Both the position numbers and the translations under genes were made by a program. DNA of 64,000 nt from Elusimicrobiota bacterium (lineage in GTDB: Bacteria > Elusimicrobiota > Elusimicrobia > UBA1565). This document shows positions 28,092-37,400 of this stretch, one piece after another. Position 1 is the stretch's first letter, and the number at the start of each line of letters is the position of its first letter. The notes under the pieces were generated by a model. It ran no database searches. It was not told the origin of the DNA and saw nothing but the letters and a program-made list of their open reading frames with translations. The DNA is taken from positions 1-64,000 of the forward strand of contig JBDRPD010000022.1 of assembly GCA_043827405.1 (NCBI GenBank). Direction: 5' to 3'.

Positions 28092-28715
28092 ATGAACATA
28101 CCAGCATACATCTGTTTTTCTCTGGCGGTCCTCGTGTTTCCCGGCGTTTCCCAAGCGGAAACTGCAGGTTTTTCCGATCTTAACCCCCAGTCCGTTCTGA
28201 CAAACCTCAAATCTCGCACCCCGAAAATGCCCGGTATGGCTGCCGGACCGATCGCCGCCCCCACCGCCCAGGAAGGTCCGGGAACTCAGAGCGGACGTTT
28301 CGATTCCGCGCCCGATTGGGAACTGACCCCCGGCGTCCTCTGCACCAGAAGCGACAAGGATTTCAAAGAGTACCGCTACGCCGAGCGCATCCCCTACTGC
28401 CAGCGCAACGTGTCGACTGATGAGAAAAAGCTGGTCTCAAAATGGTACGGCGTGGAGTGGGAAGACCACAGCGACTACCAGTACGACCACCTCCTGTCGC
28501 TCTGCCTCGGCGGCAGCAACGATCTGCGCAACATCTGGCCGATGCCCTGGGACGAAGCCCGCGCGAAGGCCAAGCTGGAGAACCAGCTCTGCCTGCGCCT
28601 GAAGGCCGGGGAGACCACGCAGCGGGCCGCGGTCGAAGAAGAGCTCGGCTGGTTCTCGGAGAACGCGCCGCACCTGCTCAAGCGCGTCAGAGCCCTGCTG
28701 CCGGTCGCGAACTAA
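28092..28715 (+). CDS. Secreted HNH-like nuclease-domain protein
   Basis: Signal peptide; YQYDHLLSLCLGGSNDLRNIWP. Confidence 0.75.
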   Translation: MNIPAYICFSLAVLVFPGVSQAETAGFSDLNPQSVLTNLKSRTPKMPGMAAGPIAAPTAQEGPGTQSGRFDSAPDWELTPGVLCTRSDKDFKEYRYAERIPYCQRNVSTDEKKLVSKWYGVEWEDHSDYQYDHLLSLCLGGSNDLRNIWPMPWDEARAKAKLENQLCLRLKAGETTQRAAVEEELGWFSENAPHLLKRVRALLPVAN

Positions 28716-29692
28716 TCCGGCCGGCAGATTTCCCGCGCGAGTTCCCGCGCCACGAATATCTTCCCCTTTTCCATCAGATGCTCGTTGGGATATCTATCCT
28801 CTTCCCAATCGAAAACGGGATGCGGCAGGCTGCGGGACAAATCCAAAAACCTCACGCGCTCCGGCTCAAGCAGTTGCCGGATAAGAGCGACGTTTTCGCT
28901 TATTCTGCCTGAGAATTCTTTCCCCATATATTCCGCGCCGAATTCATGGTCGATCGGCGTGATATAGAAAAAGGGGATGATATTGTTCCCCTTCAGCAGC
29001 CTCGCGAGCCGAAGCATCGCCGCGAGCTTGGCGTGCTCTGGCGTGAGCTCGTACATGTAGTGGTAGATGAGCTTTTCTCGCAGCTTCTCATCGGTCACCG
29101 CGCGATAGCGTTCCTTATCCTCAAAATAGCTCACTGTTCCGACCGACCTCGCTCCGTTGCGCACCGGTGTGTCGTTGAATTCCGCTTCCGTAACAGGCAC
29201 AAGCCTGAAGGCCTGGAAAACAGCGAGCGGCTTATAGAAGACCCGGTAAAAAAAGTGATTGTGCGTAATGATGAACTTTTCTACCGGAAACTGATAGCCG
29301 GGGTTTTTGTCCCAGGCCGGTGAAAACGATCTTAGGTTTATGGGGATGACGACCACCTTGATCTTCACCCCTGCGTCGATAAAATATTTCGCCAAGTAGT
29401 AGAACATGTCCATATGGTAGGCGGGCGCATACCGATGCAGCATGGACGGACCCCGGCACAGGTCGTAAAACATCATACTGATGGGCTTTTTGTTTTTGTC
29501 GTTGGCGTTGAAGCTGCCGTTGGCGCTGTCGCCGAAAAACACGATGTCGAGGCTGCGCGGGAGGTCTCCGGCATACATATGAAGATGCGTATTGAAAAAC
29601 CGCCGGTCTCCCCCCCGCAGGAAATAGAGCGTGACCTGAAGGATGACGATAAGGACGCTGAAGCAGATCGCTTTAAATATTATTCTCTTCAC
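28712..29692 (-). CDS. DltD/AlgJ-like SGNH-type partner of the MBOAT acyltransferase
   Basis: N-terminal TM, FFGDS, INLRSF, C-terminal NEHL; directly downstream of the MBOAT gene. Confidence 0.7.
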   Translation of the reverse strand: MKRIIFKAICFSVLIVILQVTLYFLRGGDRRFFNTHLHMYAGDLPRSLDIVFFGDSANGSFNANDKNKKPISMMFYDLCRGPSMLHRYAPAYHMDMFYYLAKYFIDAGVKIKVVVIPINLRSFSPAWDKNPGYQFPVEKFIITHNHFFYRVFYKPLAVFQAFRLVPVTEAEFNDTPVRNGARSVGTVSYFEDKERYRAVTDEKLREKLIYHYMYELTPEHAKLAAMLRLARLLKGNNIIPFFYITPIDHEFGAEYMGKEFSGRISENVALIRQLLEPERVRFLDLSRSLPHPVFDWEEDRYPNEHLMEKGKIFVARELAREICRPD

Positions 29693-29705
29693 GCAGATTA
29701 TCCGG

Positions 29706-31163
29706 CTAGAATTGGAAATAAATAAACGGCGTTTCTTTTACGATCCCCCAGTTCAACAAGATAATCGCCGCCAAGGCATATCCCGACCACCTCACATATA
29801 TCGGCTGCCGGGCGAAGATTTCCTTCAGGCTCATGCGCGCCTGGAAAAAGTGGATGGTTTCCAAAAAGAATATAGCGAGCAGGGCGATCTTAAACTCCGC
29901 CGCGCTCTGTCCCAGAATCAGACCGTCGCTCATAATTCGGCTGCCTGCGGCGGTGAATTGAAAAAGGTTCGTCGCGACATGGACGGCGTCATTGATATTA
30001 TTGGCCCGGAAGAAAATCCAGGCGAAGTTGACCGCGGCGAACGTAATGGCGATGTTCATTAATCGCAGCACGGAAGGATATCGCTCCAGCCCTGCCGCCC
30101 GGGAAAATCTCATTCGTACCGCCGAAGTCAGGTTGGAGATGACGATGAATATCCCATGCAGGGCGCCCCAGGCCAGGAAGTTCCAACGCGCGCCATGCCA
30201 CAAGCCGCTGATCAAGAAAGTGATGAAGAGATTCAGCTGCCATCTCCATATTTGGGTCCGGCTCCCGCCCAAAGGGATATATAGATAGTCTTTAAACCAC
30301 GTCGAGAGCGAAATATGCCACCGCTGCCAGAAATCCCGTATCGAGCGGGCATGATAAGGCCGGCGAAAATTCAGCATCAAACGGATCCCCAGAATCCGCG
30401 CCGATCCGATCGCGATATCCGAATAGCCGGAAAAATCGCAGTAAATCTGAAAGGCGAAAAAGACCGTGGCCAACAGCAAGGGCGGACCGGAGAATTTGCC
30501 GGGATCTCCGTATACGTGGTCGACAAAGAGAGCCAGCCGGTCGGCGATGACGACCTTTTTGATTAGACCCCATAGGACTAATTTCATCCCCTCCGTTATT
30601 CGCGCATAATCGACGACATGCTCTTTTTTGAATTGATGGATCAGATTCGCGGCTCTTTCGATCGGGCCGGCCACCAACTGCGGGAAAAATGCGACGTACA
30701 GCGCGTAATAGCCCAGGTGCTTTTCGGGCTTGATCGTCCCGCGATAGACATCGATTGAATAGCCCATGGTCTGGAAAGTAAAAAAGGATATGCCGATCGG
30801 CAGGAGGAGGCTCGATCGAGAGGGCGAATACGAATAATCAAACAAGGCGAGGAGCTGCGCAACAGCCTCCTGGAAGAAATCGTAATACTTGAAGGCAAAT
30901 AGAAGTCCCAGATTGACCGCGATGCTCAATATCAAGAGGCTCCTGCGGGTATTTTTGCTCTCGGCTTTGCCCAGCATAATGCCGGCCGAATAGTCGATGA
31001 GGGTCGATATGACGATGAGCAGCAGATAGGCCGGCTCCCAGTACATGTAGAAGAAGTAGCTCGCCAGCAGCAGGAAGATCCAGCGCGCCCTCTGGGGCAA
31101 AGAGAAGTTGACCAATACGACGGTCGGCAGGAAGATGAAAAAGGCGATCGAGTTAAATGACAT
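29706..31163 (-). CDS. MBOAT O-acyltransferase (AlgI/DltB family)
   Basis: LPIGISFFTFQ, FFPQLVAGPIER, YCDFSGYSDIAIG, FWQRWHISLSTW, SGLWHGA, FIYFQF. Confidence 0.95.
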   Translation of the reverse strand: MSFNSIAFFIFLPTVVLVNFSLPQRARWIFLLLASYFFYMYWEPAYLLLIVISTLIDYSAGIMLGKAESKNTRRSLLILSIAVNLGLLFAFKYYDFFQEAVAQLLALFDYSYSPSRSSLLLPIGISFFTFQTMGYSIDVYRGTIKPEKHLGYYALYVAFFPQLVAGPIERAANLIHQFKKEHVVDYARITEGMKLVLWGLIKKVVIADRLALFVDHVYGDPGKFSGPPLLLATVFFAFQIYCDFSGYSDIAIGSARILGIRLMLNFRRPYHARSIRDFWQRWHISLSTWFKDYLYIPLGGSRTQIWRWQLNLFITFLISGLWHGARWNFLAWGALHGIFIVISNLTSAVRMRFSRAAGLERYPSVLRLMNIAITFAAVNFAWIFFRANNINDAVHVATNLFQFTAAGSRIMSDGLILGQSAAEFKIALLAIFFLETIHFFQARMSLKEIFARQPIYVRWSGYALAAIILLNWGIVKETPFIYFQF

Positions 31164-31194
31164 GCTCTTGGCGGCTTGCCGCCTTGACTAGAGA

Positions 31195-31227
31195 TTAGCT
31201 AACGCGGCGGAAATGCGCCAGGGGGCG
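31195..31227 (-). repeat. Partial copy of the 106-bp repeat (promoter-like half) upstream of the MBOAT gene
   Basis: Minus strand CGCCCCCTGGCGCATTTCCGCCGCGTTAGCTAA vs CGCCCCTGGCGTAATTCCGCCGCGCGAGCTAA in copy 1. Confidence 0.65.
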
Positions 31228-31268
31228 CCCAGCGATGCGAAGCGGCATATGCTAAAATCGATCCGCGA

Positions 31269-31490
31269 ATGAACCGATCAACCGATCAGATGCAGTTGGA
31301 GATGCTTCGTCGCATGTCTCCGGATCAAAAACTCGCGTTGGCCGCCCAGTTGCGGGAGGCCAACCTCGCGCTGCTGGCCGCCGGCATACGGGCTCGATCG
31401 GGCGATCTCCCGGCCGAAGAACTGCGGCTCGAGATGCTGAAAGCGATCCTCCCCAAGCGGCTTTTCGAAGCCGGTTACCCACGCCCTTGA
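31269..31490 (+). CDS. Small helical protein coupled to a nucleotidyltransferase gene
   Basis: 73 aa; LRRMSPDQKL pattern; TTGA overlap with the next gene. Confidence 0.75.
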   Translation: MNRSTDQMQLEMLRRMSPDQKLALAAQLREANLALLAAGIRARSGDLPAEELRLEMLKAILPKRLFEAGYPRP

Positions 31491-32029
31491 CCCAAGAAGA
31501 GATCCTTCGGGACGCGCTGCGCCTGCTCGGCAGGCTCGGCATCGAGTACATGCTGACCGGCTCCTTCGCATCCAACGTCCATGGGCGGGTCAGGTCCACC
31601 TTCGACGCCGACATCGTGGTGGTTCTCAAGCCCGCGCAATTGAAAATGCTGATTGATTCGCTCGGAGCGGACTATTACGTCGACAATGTGACGCTCCCCG
31701 AGGTCCAAGAGTCTGGCGGGAAGCTCAACTCCCTGCACCGGCCGAGCGGGCTGAAGATCGACTTCTTCCTGGCAAGGACGGCGCGGGATCGCGAGGCGCT
31801 CGCGCGGCGCCGGACGATCCAGTTCGGCGGCGCCGAGATCGCCGTCATCGCTCCCGAGGATTTGATCCTCGCGAAGCTCCTCTGGGCCAAGGAGGGCGGC
31901 TCTGCCCGGCAGGTCGAGGACGCGCGCGGCATCGCCGAGGTCATGCGCGCCGAGCTTGATATGGAGTATCTTGGGCTCAAGGCTCGTGAAAATGGTCTTG
32001 AGAACATCCTCGCGCAGATTCTGCGGTAG
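31487..32029 (+). CDS. Pol-beta-like nucleotidyltransferase family protein
   Basis: YMLTGS.A..VHG..RSTFDADIV, KIDFF, PEDLILAKL.W. Confidence 0.8.
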   Translation: MTQEEILRDALRLLGRLGIEYMLTGSFASNVHGRVRSTFDADIVVVLKPAQLKMLIDSLGADYYVDNVTLPEVQESGGKLNSLHRPSGLKIDFFLARTARDREALARRRTIQFGGAEIAVIAPEDLILAKLLWAKEGGSARQVEDARGIAEVMRAELDMEYLGLKARENGLENILAQILR

Positions 32030-32083
32030 AGGAAATTCCTTTTGTAGAACTTCTCTGCTTTTCGCCGAATTACGCCCTTGACC

Positions 32084-32178
32084 TAGCTCGCGCGGCGTGA
32101 TCGCGCCAGGTGGCGGCTTAAGATCGGCGGGAAGGGATGGCGGCGGTGGGACCAAGATACATAACACTAATTATCTTG
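32084..32178 (-). repeat. Diverged third copy of the dif-like repeat
   Basis: Minus strand CAAGATAA-TTAGTG-TTATGTATCTTG...CCTGGCG...CGCCGCGCGAGCTA, colinear with copies 1 and 2. Confidence 0.75.
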
Positions 32179-32196
32179 GGACTGGCAGCCGGCCGG

Positions 32197-32847
32197 CTAG
32201 GCGCTGGAGCGCAAGGCCGCGCGCAGGTCGATCCCGTGCTTGAGCAGGAGCAGGGGAAGCATGAGGGCCCAGGCGCTTTCCGGACCCGTGACTGCGGCCG
32301 CGCCGATGCCCGTGGTCAGGATGACGACCGCCAGCAGAGTGACGCCGACGGAGTTATAGAGAAGATTCATCTTCAGCGGCTGCGAGAAATCGATCGCGAT
32401 TTCCCTAAGGTGAACGTTCTCCGCGGCATAGACGAACGTGATCCAGAGGGCGAGCGCGAGCTCCCGGACAAAGACGTTCCAGGAGAAATCCATGCTGCCG
32501 TTGTCGACGTGCACGAGTATGAAGGTGAAGAAGGCGAGGCCGCCCAGCAGCACGCCGTAGTCTCCCAGGCGGGACGGGATGTCCTCCTGCCGCATTGACC
32601 CCTCGGCCCACTTTATTTCGGCCGCCGTCGGGCGTCTCGCATAGCGCTGAATCCTCGCGCGCAGGGCCGGCAGCATCTTCCCATTCGAGATGCGAAGCAT
32701 CGCATCGACCAGATAAAGCCGCACGAAGGTGCTCAGGATGAACGCGAACAGCAGTACTCGCGGATTGTCGTCACCGAGCGCGAGGGCGAATACCACGAGA
32801 GTGAGCGCCAGCAGGTGGCCGGAAACCGGCTTCATGGAGACCTTCAT
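32197..32847 (-). CDS. Hypothetical multi-pass membrane protein (~216 aa)
   Basis: About six hydrophobic segments; start moved to ATG 32847. Confidence 0.75.
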   Translation of the reverse strand: MKVSMKPVSGHLLALTLVVFALALGDDNPRVLLFAFILSTFVRLYLVDAMLRISNGKMLPALRARIQRYARRPTAAEIKWAEGSMRQEDIPSRLGDYGVLLGGLAFFTFILVHVDNGSMDFSWNVFVRELALALWITFVYAAENVHLREIAIDFSQPLKMNLLYNSVGVTLLAVVILTTGIGAAAVTGPESAWALMLPLLLLKHGIDLRAALRSSA

Positions 32848-32944
32848 AGAAGCATACCCCGCGCGGCGGGAACATGCCAGGGTGCGGACGCAAAAAAGCC
32901 TTGCCCCCGCGAAATGCGCACCATATACTGTAGTTAAGGGTATT

Positions 32945-34435
32945 ATGAAGAAGCCGTTCGGCAAGCGCGACATGCGCAGAAAACGCCGCCAGGACAAGGA
33001 ACGCAAGGGCGGCGCCATCCCCGGACCGGTCAGTACGGCCCCCTCTCAGGTCGGCGTCCGGCTGGCCCCAGCGGCCGGCGCGGCCTCCTCCGGCGGTTCT
33101 CAGCTATCGGCATGGAATACTTTTGCCGGTGCCTTTGCCCGCGCCACCGGGCTCAGCGGCCAATCCGCCACCGCCGCCCGCATGGCGCTGGTCGTCATCG
33201 CCGTGACCACCGGCGCCGTTTCCATCTACCTGAGCCGGCCGCGGCCGTCGGCGCCCCTGCGCCAAGGCCGGCACATCTTCGCCCCCAAGCCCGCATCCCC
33301 GTTCGACGCGCGCGTCGAATCGGAGCCCGCGCCGCTCACTCCCGCCCAACGGGTCGCGAGCGGCTCCTCACTGGACTACTTCGCGGACGCCAACCCCATC
33401 GATGCCGTCGCCGGAACCGCTCCCGCCGCGGCGGAAGAGGAAACCGGGGAGGCGCGGGAAGCGCCGGCGGCCGATGACGCCGCCGACAAAGAGCCCGCCG
33501 GCGACGCGCCGGCGGCGTCTAAGCCGCCCGCGGATAAGCCCCGTCTCATCGCCTCCAGCAAGATCGGCACCGGCGGCGGCCAGCTTACCTCCAATGTCGC
33601 GCTGAAGACCCTGCAGGACATGAAAAGCCATGGCGGGGACTTCGCGGAAATATACAAGAAACCCGGAGCGGCCTCCGGCGAAAAGGCTGGAAAACGCACC
33701 TTGCTTGCCGCCAGCCGAAGAACGGCCGGCGCCTCCGGCAGCAATGCCTACGGTCAGGCGAAGTTCGCCAATCGCATGAGCGGCCAGGCGGCGAAGTCCG
33801 CGGCATCCAACTCCGCGGCCGCCTACGCCTCACAGCCTTTCGACGGCGCCAATACGCTCGGCGGCAGCGGCGCCGCGACGGGCGAGGGCGCGGCGCTCGG
33901 CGGCGCCGGGGTCGAGACCGGCGCCAGCAGCATCAAGGACACCAAGGAGATCGAGGAGCCGCCCAAGCCCGAAGACGTGAAGACGCCGCAGAACCAAACG
34001 CCCTATCAGGGCATGCTGATCGCGGCCACCGCGGCGCTCATGATCGGCCTGCTGCTGCTCAAGCTCGCGGGCGAGCTCATCAATCAGGCCAAGGCCGATC
34101 CCACCGGGGTGGGCGCCGCGGCCAAGCTCGCCCAAGGCAAGATGCTGGCCATGGCCGCCATGGCGGCGGGCGGCGCGGCGGCCGGGCTCGGCGGCATGAT
34201 CGCCGGACAATTCGGCCAGCTGACGCAGGCGATACCCTTCATCCTCGGCGGCGGCGCGCTCGCGGCCGAGGCGGGTATGGTCATCATCAAGGCCGACCAG
34301 GCGGGAAAGGACGCCGGCGACAAGATTAACGACGGTGCCGGACAGGCCGGCGGCTTGACCAGCCAAGCGCTCTCGCCCGATAGGGCCAGCCAGAACAACC
34401 TTGAACCGGAAAGGAAGCTGAAGGGAAGCGGCTAG
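32945..34435 (+). CDS. Ala/Gly-rich membrane protein (496 aa): basic N-terminus, one TM, low-complexity linker, three C-terminal hydrophobic helices
   Basis: ATG 32945 after an AT-rich promoter-like stretch; stop overlaps the giant gene's stop. Confidence 0.75.
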   Translation: MKKPFGKRDMRRKRRQDKERKGGAIPGPVSTAPSQVGVRLAPAAGAASSGGSQLSAWNTFAGAFARATGLSGQSATAARMALVVIAVTTGAVSIYLSRPRPSAPLRQGRHIFAPKPASPFDARVESEPAPLTPAQRVASGSSLDYFADANPIDAVAGTAPAAAEEETGEAREAPAADDAADKEPAGDAPAASKPPADKPRLIASSKIGTGGGQLTSNVALKTLQDMKSHGGDFAEIYKKPGAASGEKAGKRTLLAASRRTAGASGSNAYGQAKFANRMSGQAAKSAASNSAAAYASQPFDGANTLGGSGAATGEGAALGGAGVETGASSIKDTKEIEEPPKPEDVKTPQNQTPYQGMLIAATAALMIGLLLLKLAGELINQAKADPTGVGAAAKLAQGKMLAMAAMAAGGAAAGLGGMIAGQFGQLTQAIPFILGGGALAAEAGMVIIKADQAGKDAGDKINDGAGQAGGLTSQALSPDRASQNNLEPERKLKGSG

Positions 34436-37400
34436 CTGAGCGCCGGAGCCGGCGGCGGCGGCGATGACTGCCGCATCCGGCGCCGCGTCAGCCACTCCCA
34501 TACCGCCGCCAGAATCGACAAGAGCAGCGAGCCGAAAAGCACCCACGGCCACCACTTGGTCGGGTCGCCGGGCCGGCTGGGATCGTTCCCCTCTTGCTCT
34601 TCGCGGCGGCGCTCGAGCTCAGCGAGATACTTGCGCAGGCGGCCCAGCTCGTCGCGGATCGCTCCGATCTCCTTGTCGAGCCCGGCGATGGCCCGCTCAA
34701 TCGCCCGCTGGCGGCCGACCTTCCAGGCGAGGTCCTGGATCTCGTCCCACAGCTTGCGCTCCTCGGCGCCCACCGCGCGGCGCCGGCCGATGCCGTCGCG
34801 CAGCTCCCGCTCCGCCGCGGCCAGGACCTGCTCAAGGCCGGCGCGGGAGCCGCGCTGGTTTCGCAGGTCGTCGCTCAGCCGGTCCGGCAGCGCGGAGAGC
34901 TCGGACTCGATCTTTCCGTACTGGCCGGCGCCCGGCCGGATCTGGACGTTTCGTTCAATGCGGTCGACCTCGATATGCCCCGGAATGCCGCCGATGCGCA
35001 CCCGGCCGCTGCCGTCCGAGTTCGGATGCGAGCCGATCATCGGATCATCGAGGGCGTCTTCCAGCGCGTCGCGGCCGTAGCTCTCCTTGACCCGCGAGGT
35101 GATGACGGAACGGTCCCGGCCGCGCCGCGTCTCGAGCCATACGTCCTCGAGCCCGCCCTCGAAGTAGGAGCGCACGCGCTTGCCGGCGTTGACCAGATCC
35201 TCGAGCTCATAGACCATGGTCCGCTCCACATATTTGCGCCCGTAGTGGATGTCCTTCTTGCCGGCGCGCGAATCCTTGTCGTAGATGTTCTCGCCCGGCT
35301 TGATGGGAGAATCGATGCCCACCTGCTGGGGGAACTGGCTGGCGTCGAAGTACCAGTCCACCGGGTCGGGCATCAGATCGAGGAAGTCGATGAAGCCCAC
35401 CGCGCGGCGGAAGAAGCCGTGATGGTTGGTGGCGCCGCCCTCGATCTTCTGCATATGGACGCGGCCCAGGTAGTTGTGCTGGTTCGGGTCGCGGCCGGTC
35501 AGCAGCTCCATCGGCGTGCCGAGCACGCCGCGCGGGATCTCCATGAGCAGGCTGCCCCAGTTCCACGGGCTGTAGGCCCAGCTTTCAACCCCCGCCTTCT
35601 CGCGCCCCGAATCGACGAGCCGCGAGATCATATAGCGGCGGTTGAGCATGACCGGAAGCTTGCTCTCCGGGTCGACGTAGTAGCGCAGGCGGTAGTTCGG
35701 ATCGACCGTCTTGCCGTCGCCGCGCTCGCGCACGATGCGGTCATGCGCCTGCTGCGGATCCTCATGGGAGAGGACGATCATTTGATCCGCCAGCGCCCAG
35801 TCCTCGCCCGCCTTCTCGACGGCTTCCGGGTCCAGGTAGATCTTGACCAAAGTCTGGTCGGTGTCCATCACCGCCGCGAATATCTCCCCCCGCACCGTCC
35901 GGGTCTTGCCCTGCGCGGCGCCGAGCCCGACGCTCAGCTCCTGTTCGCCGAAGACCGGCTTGGCGGCGACGCGAACCAGGGAATTGCGCTCATCGACCGT
36001 GATCGACGTATCGCGCGTGACGTAGAGGCGCCACTGCTGCACGCCCGAGAGCTTCTTCGCCTCGCCCGGAATCGACAGCTTGTCCGGCCGGACGGGATCG
36101 ATCTCTTCCGGAACGCCCGCCCGGCGCAGCGCTTCCAGATAGGCCTGGCCCTGCGCTTCCCACTGTCCGCCCCGCGCCATAAGCAGCCCCGTCTGCGTCA
36201 GATCCTCGAGCGCCTGGTCGAACTTCCGGTACTTGTCGCGGAAATCCTGATGCAGCTTATTGAACTTGTCGAGCTCTTTGGCATGCGCCTGCTGCGCGTC
36301 GATGAACCCGTCATCCTTAACGGTGCGGGCGTTGAGCTCGGCCTTAAAGCGCGAGGCGAAGTCTTCGGCCGGCTCGCCCGCCCGCCGCGTATAGCTCCCC
36401 CGCATCTCCCGCTCGATACGGTCGCGGACCGTCTTCTGCACCTGCTGGTACTGCGCATGCTCGGCGTCGAGCCGCTCCTTCTGCGCGTCCATTTTGCCGC
36501 GCGCGGCGTCCTCCGCGGACTTGGCCGCCTCGACTACCCCGCGCGTCTCGGCGAAGATGCGCACGGATTCCTGCAGCGACCGCACCGCCTCGTTGAAGTC
36601 ATCCTGCGTCAGATACATCGCGGCGGGCTCGGCGCCCTGCTCGACCGCGAAGCCGTAGCTCTGCAGCTTGACGCCCATCCAGCCCCGGCGCTGCGAGCGG
36701 ACCTTATGCTCGCGGGCGTACTCGATCATCTTCTCGACGCCCTTGGGGCCCGCCTCAAGGAAATGGAAATATTCGGCCTCACGCCGGTCCGCGGCGCTGT
36801 CCGACAGCCGCAGGCGCTTGACATGATCGTAGAGGCTCTCAATGGTGGGGAAGCGGTCGCGCGAGTAGCTTTCCCCGCCGGTATAGAGCACCGTCTCCGT
36901 GTTCGCCGGGTCCGACCACAGAGCCTTGAGCGGGTGCCGCGCGGGGTGCAGCTCGTAGCGCCCGCTGTCGCGCGTAAAGCTGAACATGGCTCCCTTGACG
37001 GCGACCGCGAGGGCTTCCTCGTAGCTGAAGGCCCGGACCCCAGCGCCGTCGAGCCGCACCAGCGCGAACTCGCTGGTCGCGAAAAGCTTATGCAGCTGCA
37101 GCCGTACCGTATTGCCGTCCAGGGCGCGGCGCGCGCTGCTGCTCTTGCCGAGCGCGGAGTCGACGCCGCCGATCACTTCCAGCCGCCGCTTGCCGTCGAG
37201 CAGCCACATGCGGCCGTCCGCATCCTTATGGATCTGCTTGGCTTCCAGCAGCCGGTTGACGTCTTCCTGGGTGAACCAGCCCTGTGTGGTCCACAGCCGC
37301 CGGTCGCCGACGACTTCGGTCACGGCGTAGAGCGGGGACAGCTCCCCGGGATCGCGCGCCAGCCAGCGTTCGCGTAGGCCCTGAAGATACCCGAGGACGT

